Assembly: GCA_965198115.1 (NCBI GenBank) | Contig: OZ240241.1 | Coordinates: 8,256,001 to 8,320,000 of the forward strand | Direction: 5' to 3' | Source of the DNA: Candidatus Latescibacterota bacterium | GTDB lineage: Bacteria > Latescibacterota > UBA2968 | Length of the DNA: 64,000 nucleotides | In this document: positions 52,256-62,500 of the stretch, in pieces | Layout of the letters: the number at the start of each line of letters is the position of its first letter | Numbering within the stretch: the stretch's first letter is position 1 | Notes under the pieces: model-generated | Database searches by the model: none | Told to the model about the DNA's origin: nothing | What the model saw: the letters and a program-made list of their open reading frames with translations, nothing else | Position numbers and translations under genes: made by a program

Positions 52256-52693
52256 TCAGGCGAGGGCCTCTTTGAGCGCGTTGAATCCGCCCTGGAAGAC
52301 GCCGTCTCCGATCAACTCTCGCATAGCGGTTTCTTCCGATGCGGGGCAGTCGAACTCGGCGCTCCATTCAGCGTAGGTTCGATAGCCATCGGTGATGGGA
52401 AGGAGACGAAGCGTGGCGACGTAGTCCTCGACGGGCATGGGCGACTCGAGGATCGAATACGTGCAGGTATGTTCGCGATCGCTGAGGGTCAGGAGTTGCT
52501 CGCGGATGTTTCCGCCATCATCCTTCAGGTCGAAATTTCGGATGCAGCCGACCTGGTCGCTCGGGTGGCCGTCTTCGATGTGGCTCTTTTCGATGGCCGG
52601 GTGCCAGCCCGGCAGATCGTTGAAGTCGCGGATCTTCGCCCATACGGTTTCGATGGGTCGGTCGATGACGGAGCTCGTGAAGATTCTGATCAC
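52256..52693 (-). CDS. SRPBCC / polyketide cyclase-like protein
   Basis: VWAKIRDFNDLPGWHP...IREQLL...YSILES pattern. Confidence 0.88.
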   Translation of the reverse strand: MIRIFTSSVIDRPIETVWAKIRDFNDLPGWHPAIEKSHIEDGHPSDQVGCIRNFDLKDDGGNIREQLLTLSDREHTCTYSILESPMPVEDYVATLRLLPITDGYRTYAEWSAEFDCPASEETAMRELIGDGVFQGGFNALKEALA

Positions 52694-52707
52694 AGCATAC
52701 TCCTTTC

Positions 52708-54702
52708 CTATCGCGTGTTTACGGCCACGGTAGGATGGTCCACCGTGCCCCCGAAGTTCAGCGTGATGGGTATGGATTCAGGCTGGCGACCGAAGAGGGA
52801 TCCTAGCGCCTTTCCGACGTTGATTCCGACGATGTTCATTTTGTCGGGAGGGATGTCCATTCTGAGCGTGAAATCGAGCGCCCCGTCCAGACCGACCGAC
52901 CCGCGCAGACGACTGGGGATGTCTGCTGCGACCACTGACAGATTTTCAATCTTCACACGACCCTCTTCGACGGAAAAGCGCGAGGTGAGATCACGGATGG
53001 GAATGTGGTCGAAATTCATGAATGAAAGCTGCGATATGCTTCCCGCCGCACGCTTCAGCCATCCCCAGTTGACAACCTGACCATTCACAATCTCTCCGGA
53101 ACCACGAACCGTTATTCGGTCATTCAGGACCGTCAATGTCGAATCGAGCGGCGCCGCAAAATTCAGCGCGAGATCCATTTTCCCCCGCAGTCGAAGGGGC
53201 AAACCGAACAGGTTGTGCAGGACACCGTCCGCACTGGCGGCGTCGATGTTGATTGCACCTTCGAGGGGGAGCGTCGAACCCGATTCCTTCGCGTCGAGGA
53301 TCAACCGTCCTTCGATGGTTCCCCCATACAGACGACCCTCGATGTCGTCCAGGTTCAGGACGCCCCTACGTGCTCGGATCGTGGCATCGACGTCGGTGAG
53401 TGTGCCGCCGCTCGTGAGTCGGTCAAGATGGAGATCGCCCGACAGATCGAACATCCGGATCAGATCGGGCAGGGGTGAGGCAACGGGTGGCGGCGTTGCG
53501 AAGGCGGGTGTTGTTAGCGAAAAGCCCGTGGACGACGCGGGTGGTTCGGCGGACATCAGCTGATCGAGGTCGATGTGGGACGATCTGACTTGAAGTGCCA
53601 GGTGGGGTCGCCCGTCCGAGAAAAGCCACTCGCGGAAGCCTTTCACAACACCGGACACGCTGAGATCAGAATCAGCGGCTCGAACGCCGAGGGTGTCGAT
53701 CAGGACAGAGGCTCCGTCGAATCGTGCCGTGATTAGGCCGTGCTCAAGTGGCACGAGATCGGCCGTGGTGGCAGTCAGATCACGTACGGCGAGTCTGCCG
53801 TGGAAAGCGGGGAAACTGGGTGGCGCATCCTCGGGAGCGAGTCGTCCCTCGATGGCCACGTCGAGATCGAGGCGGCCGCTCAGCTGATGGGGTCCGGCCG
53901 ACGTCTCGAAACGGTCCGTAACGTGTCTGATCGAGAGGTCGATTTCAGGCTGGGCATCCAGGTGTTCGACTTTACCATTGGCCTCGATCGAGATGCCGGC
54001 GACCTCCAGACCGATACGTCGAACGCTGATGTGGGCCCGGGCAAGATCGAACACGAGGTCGTGCGTCAGGTGACCGCCTTCCGTCGTTGTGGTGATTTCA
54101 CGAGCGGTTGTGACGACGGTCTCGATGCCGAGCTGCCCGCTGGCCGAGATCCGAGGTCCATCTGCGCCGAGCTGCAGGTCGTAGTCGACACCCCGGTAGG
54201 CGCGCTGGGTATCGTCACGGTGGTCTGCGTAGGTGATGGTTCCATCACGCAGACGAAACCGGTCGATGGGCAGGTAGACGGACGGGGCGGCCACTTCGCT
54301 CGATCCACCCGATACGAAGTCACCATAGTTGGCGACCCCCCGCTGGTTCACGACGATGTAGACGTTGGGCCCATGGATGTGCATCTCGCCCAATCCCTCT
54401 CGCCCAGTGAGGGCCGCGCCCAGTGATAGGGCGATGGAGGCTCGATCGGCGGAGAGGAACAACCCATCGCCGAATTCCTGGCGATCGCTGATGCGAAGGC
54501 CATCGATCGACGCGCCAAGACCGGTGAGGACCGTCAATCCGATGGCGTCGACCTCGACCCGGCGTCCGATGGCAGCTTCGAGCGGGGGCATCACCATGCC
54601 ACGGAGACGTGTTTCGTTGAAGTAGAGGTGGAGAGCGGCCACGCCGAGCATCAGGCAGGAGGCCAACGTGATCGGAATGGCGATGAGGGTGCGACGTTTC
54701 AC
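52708..54702 (-). CDS. AsmA family protein
   Basis: N-terminal TM anchor with EAAIGRRVEV; LYGGTIEG and GSVGLDGALD beta-taco motifs. Confidence 0.8.
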   Translation of the reverse strand: MKRRTLIAIPITLASCLMLGVAALHLYFNETRLRGMVMPPLEAAIGRRVEVDAIGLTVLTGLGASIDGLRISDRQEFGDGLFLSADRASIALSLGAALTGREGLGEMHIHGPNVYIVVNQRGVANYGDFVSGGSSEVAAPSVYLPIDRFRLRDGTITYADHRDDTQRAYRGVDYDLQLGADGPRISASGQLGIETVVTTAREITTTTEGGHLTHDLVFDLARAHISVRRIGLEVAGISIEANGKVEHLDAQPEIDLSIRHVTDRFETSAGPHQLSGRLDLDVAIEGRLAPEDAPPSFPAFHGRLAVRDLTATTADLVPLEHGLITARFDGASVLIDTLGVRAADSDLSVSGVVKGFREWLFSDGRPHLALQVRSSHIDLDQLMSAEPPASSTGFSLTTPAFATPPPVASPLPDLIRMFDLSGDLHLDRLTSGGTLTDVDATIRARRGVLNLDDIEGRLYGGTIEGRLILDAKESGSTLPLEGAINIDAASADGVLHNLFGLPLRLRGKMDLALNFAAPLDSTLTVLNDRITVRGSGEIVNGQVVNWGWLKRAAGSISQLSFMNFDHIPIRDLTSRFSVEEGRVKIENLSVVAADIPSRLRGSVGLDGALDFTLRMDIPPDKMNIVGINVGKALGSLFGRQPESIPITLNFGGTVDHPTVAVNTR

Positions 54703-54747
54703 GTCAGATCAGCCTCTCGAGTGCTGGCTCAGAGTGCGGAAACCTTT

Positions 54748-54893
54748 GGAACCACCCTTCGACTGCGCTCAGGGCAGGCGCCTGAACACAGATGGATCAG
54801 ATGTGTCGAGCACCAGATGATCGAGGCCCTATTCGGGGAAGTTATTCGGTGGTGCCCTGTGGCCTACCTTACCGCGACATCGATGACAATCGG
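54748..54893 (+). repeat. Composite intergenic repeat, copy B
   Basis: See 31786..31930. Confidence 0.85.
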
Positions 54894-54940
54894 TCAAACC
54901 CTTTGCTCGGATAGGTAAAGAACCTTCGTATCTGTAGCGG

Positions 54941-56392
54941 TCAATACACGGGGGACATGCGGCGGAACCAGCCGTGGACGGGGTCTCCGAGGGTTTCCAT
55001 GTGGCGGCCCATTCGGTCCATGAGGTCCTGGCGGATGTCTTCGTAGGCCGGATCGCCATACCGATTGTCGAGCTGGTAGGGGTCCTTTTCCAGATCGTAG
55101 AGTTCGCCGATGTCGTTGGGGTTGAACGTGAACTGGTGGGTTCGGGTGCGAACCATGCGTTGCATGGGTGTTGTGAAGTGTCGGTTGAAGACGCAGAAGA
55201 CGTCCTCGCGCCCATTCGACTCGCCCTGACCTTTCATTGCGTCGAGGAAGGAGTATCCATCGAGCGTGGCGGGAACCTCGAGACCAGCCGCATCCAGAAT
55301 CGAGCACGTGATCTCTTGTAGGTAGAGGAGGTCCTCGTTGACGGATCCCGGGGCGGCACAATCGGGGTGGGCGACGACGAGTGGAATGCGATAGATCTCG
55401 TCGTACATGAATTCGCCCTTTTCGATCAGCTTGTGGGCGCCGAGACAGTCACCGTGGTCAGCGGTGAAGATGATGATGGTGTTGTCCAGTTCGCTCATCT
55501 CGTCGAGAGCAGCCACGATGCGTCCGACCATGTCGTCAATGAGCGTGCAGTGGCCGTAGTAGCGCGCTGCAATTTGCTGGAATCCCTCCCAGCCGAGGTC
55601 GCCCAACCCCCACATACGCTCGATAATGCTCTGTACACGTGGCTTGTTCTCGAAGGTTTCGCGATAGCTGGGGTGCTCGGGAATGGAGGCCGGGTCGTAC
55701 ATGGAAAAATAGGGTTCCGGCACGAGGCACGGTGTGTGCGGTCCCCAGAAGTTTGCCCAGAGGAAGAAGGGTTTGTCGCCCCCGCTCAACTCTTGGGCTA
55801 CGCGGATGGCCTCTTCGGCGACGAAATACTCGATACAGCTTTCGACAGGTCCATCGTGCAGGGCGAACATTTCCTGCGTCTGGCAGCCGGGGTTGGTCCC
55901 GACATATCGATGGGTGACCTTTGGCTCGAACCCGTTTTCCTTGAGGTAGACTTCATAGTAGTTGGGTTCGTTGAGGGGGGGCGCGCCGAATTGAAGACCC
56001 GGGATGACCTTCGATCCGGGAAAGGCGTATCCAAGGAAGTCTTTGCCTGTGAAGCCGAAGTCGCTCGGTCCACGTTCCTGATCGACGTGCCATTTGCCGG
56101 CGTAACCCGATGCGTAACCGGCGTCGTCCAGGTAGCTGTTGATGCCTCTGATGCCCTCGTTCAGACATCGCCCGTTTTCTGTTACACCGTGCTTGTGGGG
56201 GTAGAGCCCGGTGTAGAAGGAGGCCCTCGCGGGGGAGCAGATGGCCGTGGGGGTGAAGGCGCCGTCGAAGCGCACCCCTCTGGTGGCCAGGGCATCGATG
56301 TGGGGGGTGCGGACGATTTCGTTCAGACCGTAGCAGCCGACGGTGTCGAGCCGCTGTTGGTCGGTCATTAACACCAGGATGTTTGGACGCAT
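54941..56392 (-). CDS. Sulfatase (Cys-type)
   Basis: PNILVLMTDQ, CSPARAS, GKWH, ADHGD and ELYDL motifs. Confidence 0.93.
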   Translation of the reverse strand: MRPNILVLMTDQQRLDTVGCYGLNEIVRTPHIDALATRGVRFDGAFTPTAICSPARASFYTGLYPHKHGVTENGRCLNEGIRGINSYLDDAGYASGYAGKWHVDQERGPSDFGFTGKDFLGYAFPGSKVIPGLQFGAPPLNEPNYYEVYLKENGFEPKVTHRYVGTNPGCQTQEMFALHDGPVESCIEYFVAEEAIRVAQELSGGDKPFFLWANFWGPHTPCLVPEPYFSMYDPASIPEHPSYRETFENKPRVQSIIERMWGLGDLGWEGFQQIAARYYGHCTLIDDMVGRIVAALDEMSELDNTIIIFTADHGDCLGAHKLIEKGEFMYDEIYRIPLVVAHPDCAAPGSVNEDLLYLQEITCSILDAAGLEVPATLDGYSFLDAMKGQGESNGREDVFCVFNRHFTTPMQRMVRTRTHQFTFNPNDIGELYDLEKDPYQLDNRYGDPAYEDIRQDLMDRMGRHMETLGDPVHGWFRRMSPVY

Positions 56393-56595
56393 GTATCAGT
56401 GACCCTTGACGATCTGACCGTTGACCAAACAGAGCGCGCCAATGATAAGGTTCAGGGTGTGGACGATGCAAAGTGAAAGAGGCTGCGAGCAACCCTGCTG
56501 ATTCGCGCACACAGTGCCGGTGCTTGACAACCCTGTTGGATTCCCTATTTAGGGTGTCGTTTAGCACTCAGGTCTCTTTAACGACGGAGGATGTT

Positions 56596-57753
56596 TTGGC
56601 GGATATCAAGCTGACTGTTCAGGCCGGACCACACGGCCGAGTGTATTGTCCTGTTTCTACGTTGGTTGACGCGCCGTCGGGTACGGATTCGGCGTCCATG
56701 AAGGATGGGTCGGGTAAGGACGTGGCCTGCCAGGCGCGGCGAGAAGACGATGGGCTTCGCATTTCCTGGCTGATCGACGATCTGGCGGCGGATGCGTCGG
56801 CCGATTACGAGGTGACATTGGGCGGCAACGGCGGTGGGGATGGTGTGTCGCTGGCGGAGAAGAAGGACGAGGTGGACGTGTCGATCGGTGGCTCGCACTT
56901 CACCAACTATCGTTACGGTACAGATCTCATTCGACCGCACTTGCATCCGGTGATAGGGCCCCACGGGGATCCGGTGACCCGACCGCTCGCGGTCAAGGAC
57001 GACGGAAAGGACCATCCCCATCACCGATCCGTTTGGATCTCGCACGGCGTCGTCAACGGGTGGAACAACTGGGGGGAGGGTGACGGGTGCGCCTATACGC
57101 GATGGCAGGAGTTCGAATCGCTCGAGAGTGGACCGGTCTACGGCCGGATCGTGGCGCTGAGCGACTGGGTCGGAAACGACGAGTACCGCGGCGAACAGCG
57201 GTCGAATATTCTGGTCCACGAACGGGCGGAATGGACCTTCTACAACACGCCGTCCGATGTTCGGATCTTCGACTTGACGGTCACACTGACTGCGCCCGAC
57301 ATGGACGTCCTGATGGGAGATACGAAGGAGGGCGGTCTGGCCTCGATCCGGGTGGCCGAGTCGATGGAGGTCCGTTCGGGACAGGGAGGAACGATCACCA
57401 ACGGCTACGGCGGCGTGAACGAGGATGAAACGTGGGGTAAGCAGGCGCCGTGGTGCCATTACTCGGGGCCGGTGAACGGAAATCGCGTGGGTATCGCGAT
57501 TATGGATCATCCGGAGAGCTTCCGTTATCCGACCTATTGGCACGTGCGTAACTACGGGCTGATGACGGCGAATCCGTTCGGTTGGTCTCACTTCTACAAG
57601 GACCCGAATCGACGGGGTCACCACACAATGGAAGCCAACTCGTCCATCACCGGACGGTATCGCTACTACATCCACGCGGGGACGGCGGCAGACGGCAAGG
57701 TGGGGGAGGCCTATCACGACTTTGCGAATCCGCCGACCACTGAAACGGCGTAA
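56596..57753 (+). CDS. DUF6807-like (so-called PmoA-family) beta-sandwich protein
   Basis: RPHLHPV, DHPHHRSVW, GDTKEGG and WHVRNYGLMTANPFG motifs; TTG start after GGAGG. Confidence 0.75.
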   Translation: MADIKLTVQAGPHGRVYCPVSTLVDAPSGTDSASMKDGSGKDVACQARREDDGLRISWLIDDLAADASADYEVTLGGNGGGDGVSLAEKKDEVDVSIGGSHFTNYRYGTDLIRPHLHPVIGPHGDPVTRPLAVKDDGKDHPHHRSVWISHGVVNGWNNWGEGDGCAYTRWQEFESLESGPVYGRIVALSDWVGNDEYRGEQRSNILVHERAEWTFYNTPSDVRIFDLTVTLTAPDMDVLMGDTKEGGLASIRVAESMEVRSGQGGTITNGYGGVNEDETWGKQAPWCHYSGPVNGNRVGIAIMDHPESFRYPTYWHVRNYGLMTANPFGWSHFYKDPNRRGHHTMEANSSITGRYRYYIHAGTAADGKVGEAYHDFANPPTTETA

Positions 57754-57758
57754 CCACT

Positions 57759-57852
57759 CCTTCGTTACGGCCGCACAAAAGTGCGGCCTACTCAGGACAG
57801 GCAAGACACGGAGACACCAAGTGAGGCCACACGAAGACACGAAGACGCGAAG
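57759..57852 (+). repeat. Long variant of the CCTTCG..CTCAGG motif followed by 9-mer repeats
   Basis: CCTTCGTTAC-GGCCGCAC-AAAA-GTGCGGCC-TACTCAGGACAGGC, then CACGAAGACACGAAGACGCGAAGA. Confidence 0.65.
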
Positions 57853-57970
57853 AAGGGCTGGTGAGGTGGAGGAACCGAGAACTACCGCATAGCCTACCAG
57901 GGCGGTGTGAGGGTTCGGTCTGGGGGTCACGGTTCTCGGATCTCTTTTCCCGTCTTAGAAGGGAGTTGTG

Positions 57971-58966
57971 ATGGCAGATAAAATCAATGTGGCGATTGTG
58001 GGGCTCGGGGTCGGACGTAGTCGCGCGCGGTTTGCGGCGGAGTCGGACAACGTCAACCTGAAGGTGGTGTGCGCCCTGCAGGAAGAGAAGGCCAGGGAGA
58101 CGGCTGAGGAGCACGGGTGCGAATGGTCGACGAATCTGGACGAGGTGCTCGCTCGGGACGATATCGACGCGGTCGGCGTGTTTACACCGAGCGGGACGCA
58201 TTGCCAGTACGCGATCGAGTCGATCAAGGCTGGGAAGCACACGTTCACGACGAAGCCGATGGACATTCGTGTCGAACAATGCGATGCAGCTATCAAGGCG
58301 GCCGAGGATGCGGGAGTGATCCTGGCGGTGGACTTCGGAAACCGTTACGCGCGTGTGAACCATCAGGTCAAGGCGGCGATCGACACAGGCATGCTGGGAA
58401 AAGTCTTTTTGGGGGACGTCCGCTTGAAGTGGCACAGGAAGCAGAGCTATTACGACGGCGGGTTTCCTGAAGGATGGCGCAGCCGGTTGGAGACGGAGGG
58501 GGGATCGATCGCGAACCAGGGTGTTCACTACGTCGATCTGATCTACTGGTTTCTCGGGCCCGTGAATGAGGTGTTCGGACGGAGCGGTACACTCGGTCAC
58601 CAGATCGAAACGGAGGACATTTCGATCGCGCATCTGACATTTCAGAGCGGGGCGTGGGGATTGATCGAGACGACGACGGCACAGACGCCCAACCTCGGGA
58701 CGACGGTGGAACTCAGCGGCACGGAGGGAACGATCGTCTGGAAGGATCAGGATATCACGTTCAAGAACGGCGACAATGAGGACATTGACATCGACGAGAT
58801 CGATGTGCCTGAGTGCCCACCGAACATCATCGAGGACATGGTCGGTGCGATTCGGGACGGTAAGACACCCGCGTGTCCTGGTGCGGAGGGGCGAAAGTCG
58901 GTGGAGATCTTTACGGCGGTCTACAGATCATCGGAAACGGGACAGCCTGTGGTAATCGATCAGTAG
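57971..58966 (+). CDS. Gfo/Idh/MocA oxidoreductase
   Basis: AIVGLG, TPSGTH, KP and GGSIANQGVHYVD motifs. Confidence 0.92.
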   Translation: MADKINVAIVGLGVGRSRARFAAESDNVNLKVVCALQEEKARETAEEHGCEWSTNLDEVLARDDIDAVGVFTPSGTHCQYAIESIKAGKHTFTTKPMDIRVEQCDAAIKAAEDAGVILAVDFGNRYARVNHQVKAAIDTGMLGKVFLGDVRLKWHRKQSYYDGGFPEGWRSRLETEGGSIANQGVHYVDLIYWFLGPVNEVFGRSGTLGHQIETEDISIAHLTFQSGAWGLIETTTAQTPNLGTTVELSGTEGTIVWKDQDITFKNGDNEDIDIDEIDVPECPPNIIEDMVGAIRDGKTPACPGAEGRKSVEIFTAVYRSSETGQPVVIDQ

Positions 58967-59009
58967 AAGAAAGACCATTAGGAAACTATGAAATTAGGGA
59001 ATTAGGAAA

Positions 59010-60441
59010 TTGGCCGCCGACAAGCCGAACATCCTGTTGATCACAACCGATCAACAGAGGGGTGATTGCACGGGGATCGATGGGCATCCGATTCTGGAGA
59101 CGCCTCATCTGGATCAGCTGGCGAACGAGGGGGTTTACTTTCCTCGGGCTTACACGCCTTGCCCAGTCTGTGTGGCGGCTCGGATGTCCATCATGACCGG
59201 GCGCTCACCCTACAACACGGGGTACTTCGGGAACTCGAGTACGCCCCTCAAGATCGAAGAGACACTGCCCCGGCGACTTCGCGATCTAGGGTATCAGACG
59301 CAGATGATCGGCAAGGGTCACTTTTCGCCTCAGCGGAATCGACTGGGGTTCGACAACATCATTATCAACGAGTCGGGACGTTACCGGGACGGGGATGACT
59401 TTCATCGTTGGTTGATGAAAACGCCCTACGCAGGGATGGAGCGGGATACGAGCATCGGGAACAACGATGTGTTCGCGCGTCGATCGGTGGTCCCCGAAAC
59501 GCATCACGTCAACACGTGGACGGCGAACGAGTGTCGCGACTTCATCGACCGACGAGATCCGACGTGTCCGTTCTTTTTATGGATGTCCTTCAGGCGCCCG
59601 CACTCGCAATACGATCCTCCCGCACCCTACGATACGTGGTATGACCTGAATGACATTCCTCCTCCGCTGAAAGAGCCATCGCCCGATTTCCTTCCACCCC
59701 AGCTGCGCGAATCACCGGCGCGCTACGACTGGGACAAGATGTCGTTCAAACGCGTGCAGAGGGCGCGCCAGCACTATCTCGGACAGATCACCCACATCGA
59801 TCATCAGATCGGCCGGTTGCTCGCCTACCTTCGATGGCAGAACCTGTTGGACGACACGCTCGTGCTGTTCACGTCCGACCACGGGGATATGATGGGTGAC
59901 TTCGGGCTGTTCTTTAAGAGTCACTTTTTCGAAGGATCGGGACGCGTGCCGTTCATCTTGCGTCCACCTCGATCGTGGGAGGGGGACGATTCCGGCGCAG
60001 CGTTTCGATAAGCCGGTGTCTCTGATCGACATCGTTTCAACGTTCGTCGACGCAGCGGGTGGCGAAGCGGCGGACGTGGAGGGGCTCTCGCTGATCCCGG
60101 CTGTACGCGGCGAGGATCCCGTAGGCGATCGGATTTTCCACGGAGAGATCGGACCGGGTGAAGCCCGACATCATTGTATGACCGACGGCAAAACGAAATA
60201 CATGTGGTTCAGGAAGGGCGGCCCCGAGTTTCTGTTCGATCTGGAGAAGGATCCCGATGAGTTGAACAACCTTGCGGGCGATGAGGAGAAGATTCGTCCG
60301 TGGCGTGTCGGACTGATCGAGCTGTTGGAGGCGAGACGCGATGGGGCCGTCGAGGAGGGGAAACTGCAGCCGACACCCTTCGAAGCAACGCCGGAGAACG
60401 AGCTCCGGAAGATCGATCCGTACGGTCGAAGACCCTTTTGA
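59010..60441 (+). CDS. Sulfatase; frameshift near 59990
   Basis: PNILLITTDQ, CVAAR and SDHGD motifs. C-terminus (VSLIDI, LFDLEKDPDELNNL) is in the 59896..60441 frame. Confidence 0.85.
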
Positions 60442-60471
60442 CATTGAATATCTAGAATCGAAGATCGAGAA

Positions 60472-60951
60472 TTGGGTGATCGAGAATTGGTGGAAGGGCT
60501 GGCTCAACAGCTGAAGGAGCGTGAGGAAACGGTGGCGGTGGTGGAGACGACGGCAGGGGGGCTGGTGAGCGCTGCTCTGGTCGCGATTCCTGGAAGTTCG
60601 GCCTATTTCGAACGTGGACTCGTGGCCTATAGCAAGGCGTCCAAGCTGTCGTCGCTGGGTCTGGACGAAGGGACGTTGGACGCGAGTGGGGCAGTGAGCG
60701 CGGAGACGGCCGGAATCATGGCCGTAGCGGTTCGGTCTCTGGCGGGGTCGACGTATGGGCTTGCCGAAACAGGAATCGCGGGGCCCATTCGGGGGCGATC
60801 GTCCAAACCGATCGGGACCGCTCATCTGGCGGTGGCGGGACCGGCGGGAGTGGTGACACGCGATGTCGAGCTACAGGGCGACCGCACGGCGATTCGAGAG
60901 GGGATCGTGGGGGAACTGTTGGCGTTCTTGTCTGAGGTGATGGAGCGCTGA
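60472..60951 (+). CDS. CinA C-terminal / NMN deamidase (PncC-like) family protein
   Basis: VETTAGG, PGSSAYF, GAVSAETA and TGIAGP motifs. Confidence 0.85.
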   Translation: MGDRELVEGLAQQLKEREETVAVVETTAGGLVSAALVAIPGSSAYFERGLVAYSKASKLSSLGLDEGTLDASGAVSAETAGIMAVAVRSLAGSTYGLAETGIAGPIRGRSSKPIGTAHLAVAGPAGVVTRDVELQGDRTAIREGIVGELLAFLSEVMER

Positions 60952-61110
60952 AGGAGAGCGTTCAGAGGTCGGAGGTCAGGAAAGACACTCCCTCCTGATG
61001 CGCACGCTGAAGGACGTGCGAAACGATGCGTGTGGGGTGAACCCAAGAGGGAGACATCGTCTGGGCAGGAGAGACCGAGGCGCGGCTGCGGGAAAGTGGC
61101 TGCGCCCTCT

Positions 61111-62382
61111 CTATGTACGGTTGGATTCGGCGATGCCTCTCTGTTCGTCGACACGGAGCAGGAGCAGACCGCCGATGAGGAAGAATGCGGCGACGCTGGC
61201 GACGCCGGCACGCTGTGAGTCGAAGATTCTCGTGAGTTCGCCCAGGAGGAGCGGGCCCAGGAATGCGGTGATCTTTCCGGAGAAGGCAAAGAAACCGTAG
61301 AACTCGTTGGCTTTATCGCTCGGCATGAACCGGCCCATGAGGGAGCGGCTCGCGGCCTGGTTGGGTCCAGCGAACAGGCTGATGGCCAGACCGCCGATCC
61401 AGAATCCCACCTTGTCCGGCGTTATTGAAAGGAACACTGTGCTCCCAACGAAGAGGACGAGGGTGAGGAGAATCGTTCGCTTCGCGCCCCATCGGTCATC
61501 GGCGTAACCCATGGCGAAAGCACCGAACCCGGCGGCGATGTTTGCGACAATCCCGAAGACTGTGATTTCGTGGAAGGAGAAGTCGAAAGTTCCCGCGGCA
61601 TAGATACCGCCGAACGCGAAGATCGTGACGAGACCGTCGTTGAAGACGAGCCGGGTGATCAGGAAGCGCCCAATCTGTGGGTGCAGACGCAGCTCACGGT
61701 ACGTTTCACGAAGCGCCTGATATCGTCCTGTGGTCGTTTCCCCTTTTCGAGGCGCTGGATTCTCGAGTGTGAGAAACAACGGAGTAGCGAATACAGCAAA
61801 CCAAAGCGCCACTAGGAGGTTTGTTGCACGGATGTTCTCTCCCGTTTCTGCCCCGAACCCGAACCAGGGCATCTCCGCATCGATGAACCCGAAAAGCGCG
61901 ACGACCGTACATGCGACACCGCCGATGTAGCCGAGCCCCCACGCCCAGCCCGAGATGCGTCCGATCGTTTCTTTGGTGGATAGATCAGGGAGGTAGGCAT
62001 TGTAGAAAACGACGGCTAGTTCGTAGGCGGTGTTCGCGACGAAGAAGATGGCGAGAGCGAGGAGGACGTCGCCTGCGAGAGGGAAGTAGAGACCGGCCGT
62101 CGAGAGAATGGTGATGATGGTGAAGACGAGCAGCAACGGTTTCCGAAGACCCTGGCGGTCTGCGATGGATCCGAGGAAGGGTGAAACGAAAGCGATGACC
62201 AGGGCAGAGAGCGTGATGGCTCGTGACCATTGAGTCGTTCCGACGGTTTCGCTCTCGGCGATCGCTTTGATGAAGTACGCGCTGTAGATGAAGGTGAGGA
62301 CGAGGGTCGCGAAGGCAGAGTTGGCGAAGTCGTAGAACGCCCAGGCCAGGACTCTTCGCTTGGGGGCAGAGGGATCAGGCAT
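61111..62382 (-). CDS. MFS transporter (UMF1/Atg22-like)
   Basis: WAFYDFANSAF, GRISGWAWGLGYIGG and QAASRS motifs. Confidence 0.9.
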   Translation of the reverse strand: MPDPSAPKRRVLAWAFYDFANSAFATLVLTFIYSAYFIKAIAESETVGTTQWSRAITLSALVIAFVSPFLGSIADRQGLRKPLLLVFTIITILSTAGLYFPLAGDVLLALAIFFVANTAYELAVVFYNAYLPDLSTKETIGRISGWAWGLGYIGGVACTVVALFGFIDAEMPWFGFGAETGENIRATNLLVALWFAVFATPLFLTLENPAPRKGETTTGRYQALRETYRELRLHPQIGRFLITRLVFNDGLVTIFAFGGIYAAGTFDFSFHEITVFGIVANIAAGFGAFAMGYADDRWGAKRTILLTLVLFVGSTVFLSITPDKVGFWIGGLAISLFAGPNQAASRSLMGRFMPSDKANEFYGFFAFSGKITAFLGPLLLGELTRIFDSQRAGVASVAAFFLIGGLLLLRVDEQRGIAESNRT

Positions 62383-62500
62383 CGGTGTGAGCGATTCGTG
62401 AGTCGCGTGCTGGATCCTCAGCGCCGATGGAGATCTGTCCGATTTCGGCCCCTCGTTCGTGGGTGTGCCGCGCGGGCACGTGTTTGGAGTCCAAGGATTC

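Noticed and set aside
56596-57753. Particulate methane monooxygenase
   Set aside because: Soluble beta-rich protein with no TM helices and no pmoCB neighbours; the family name is misleading.
31786-57852. CRISPR array
   Set aside because: The repeats are dispersed or tandem without unique, regularly sized spacers, and no cas genes are present.
59010-60441. CVAAR sulfatase motif as a novelty
   Set aside because: CxAxR variants of the sulfatase motif are already known.
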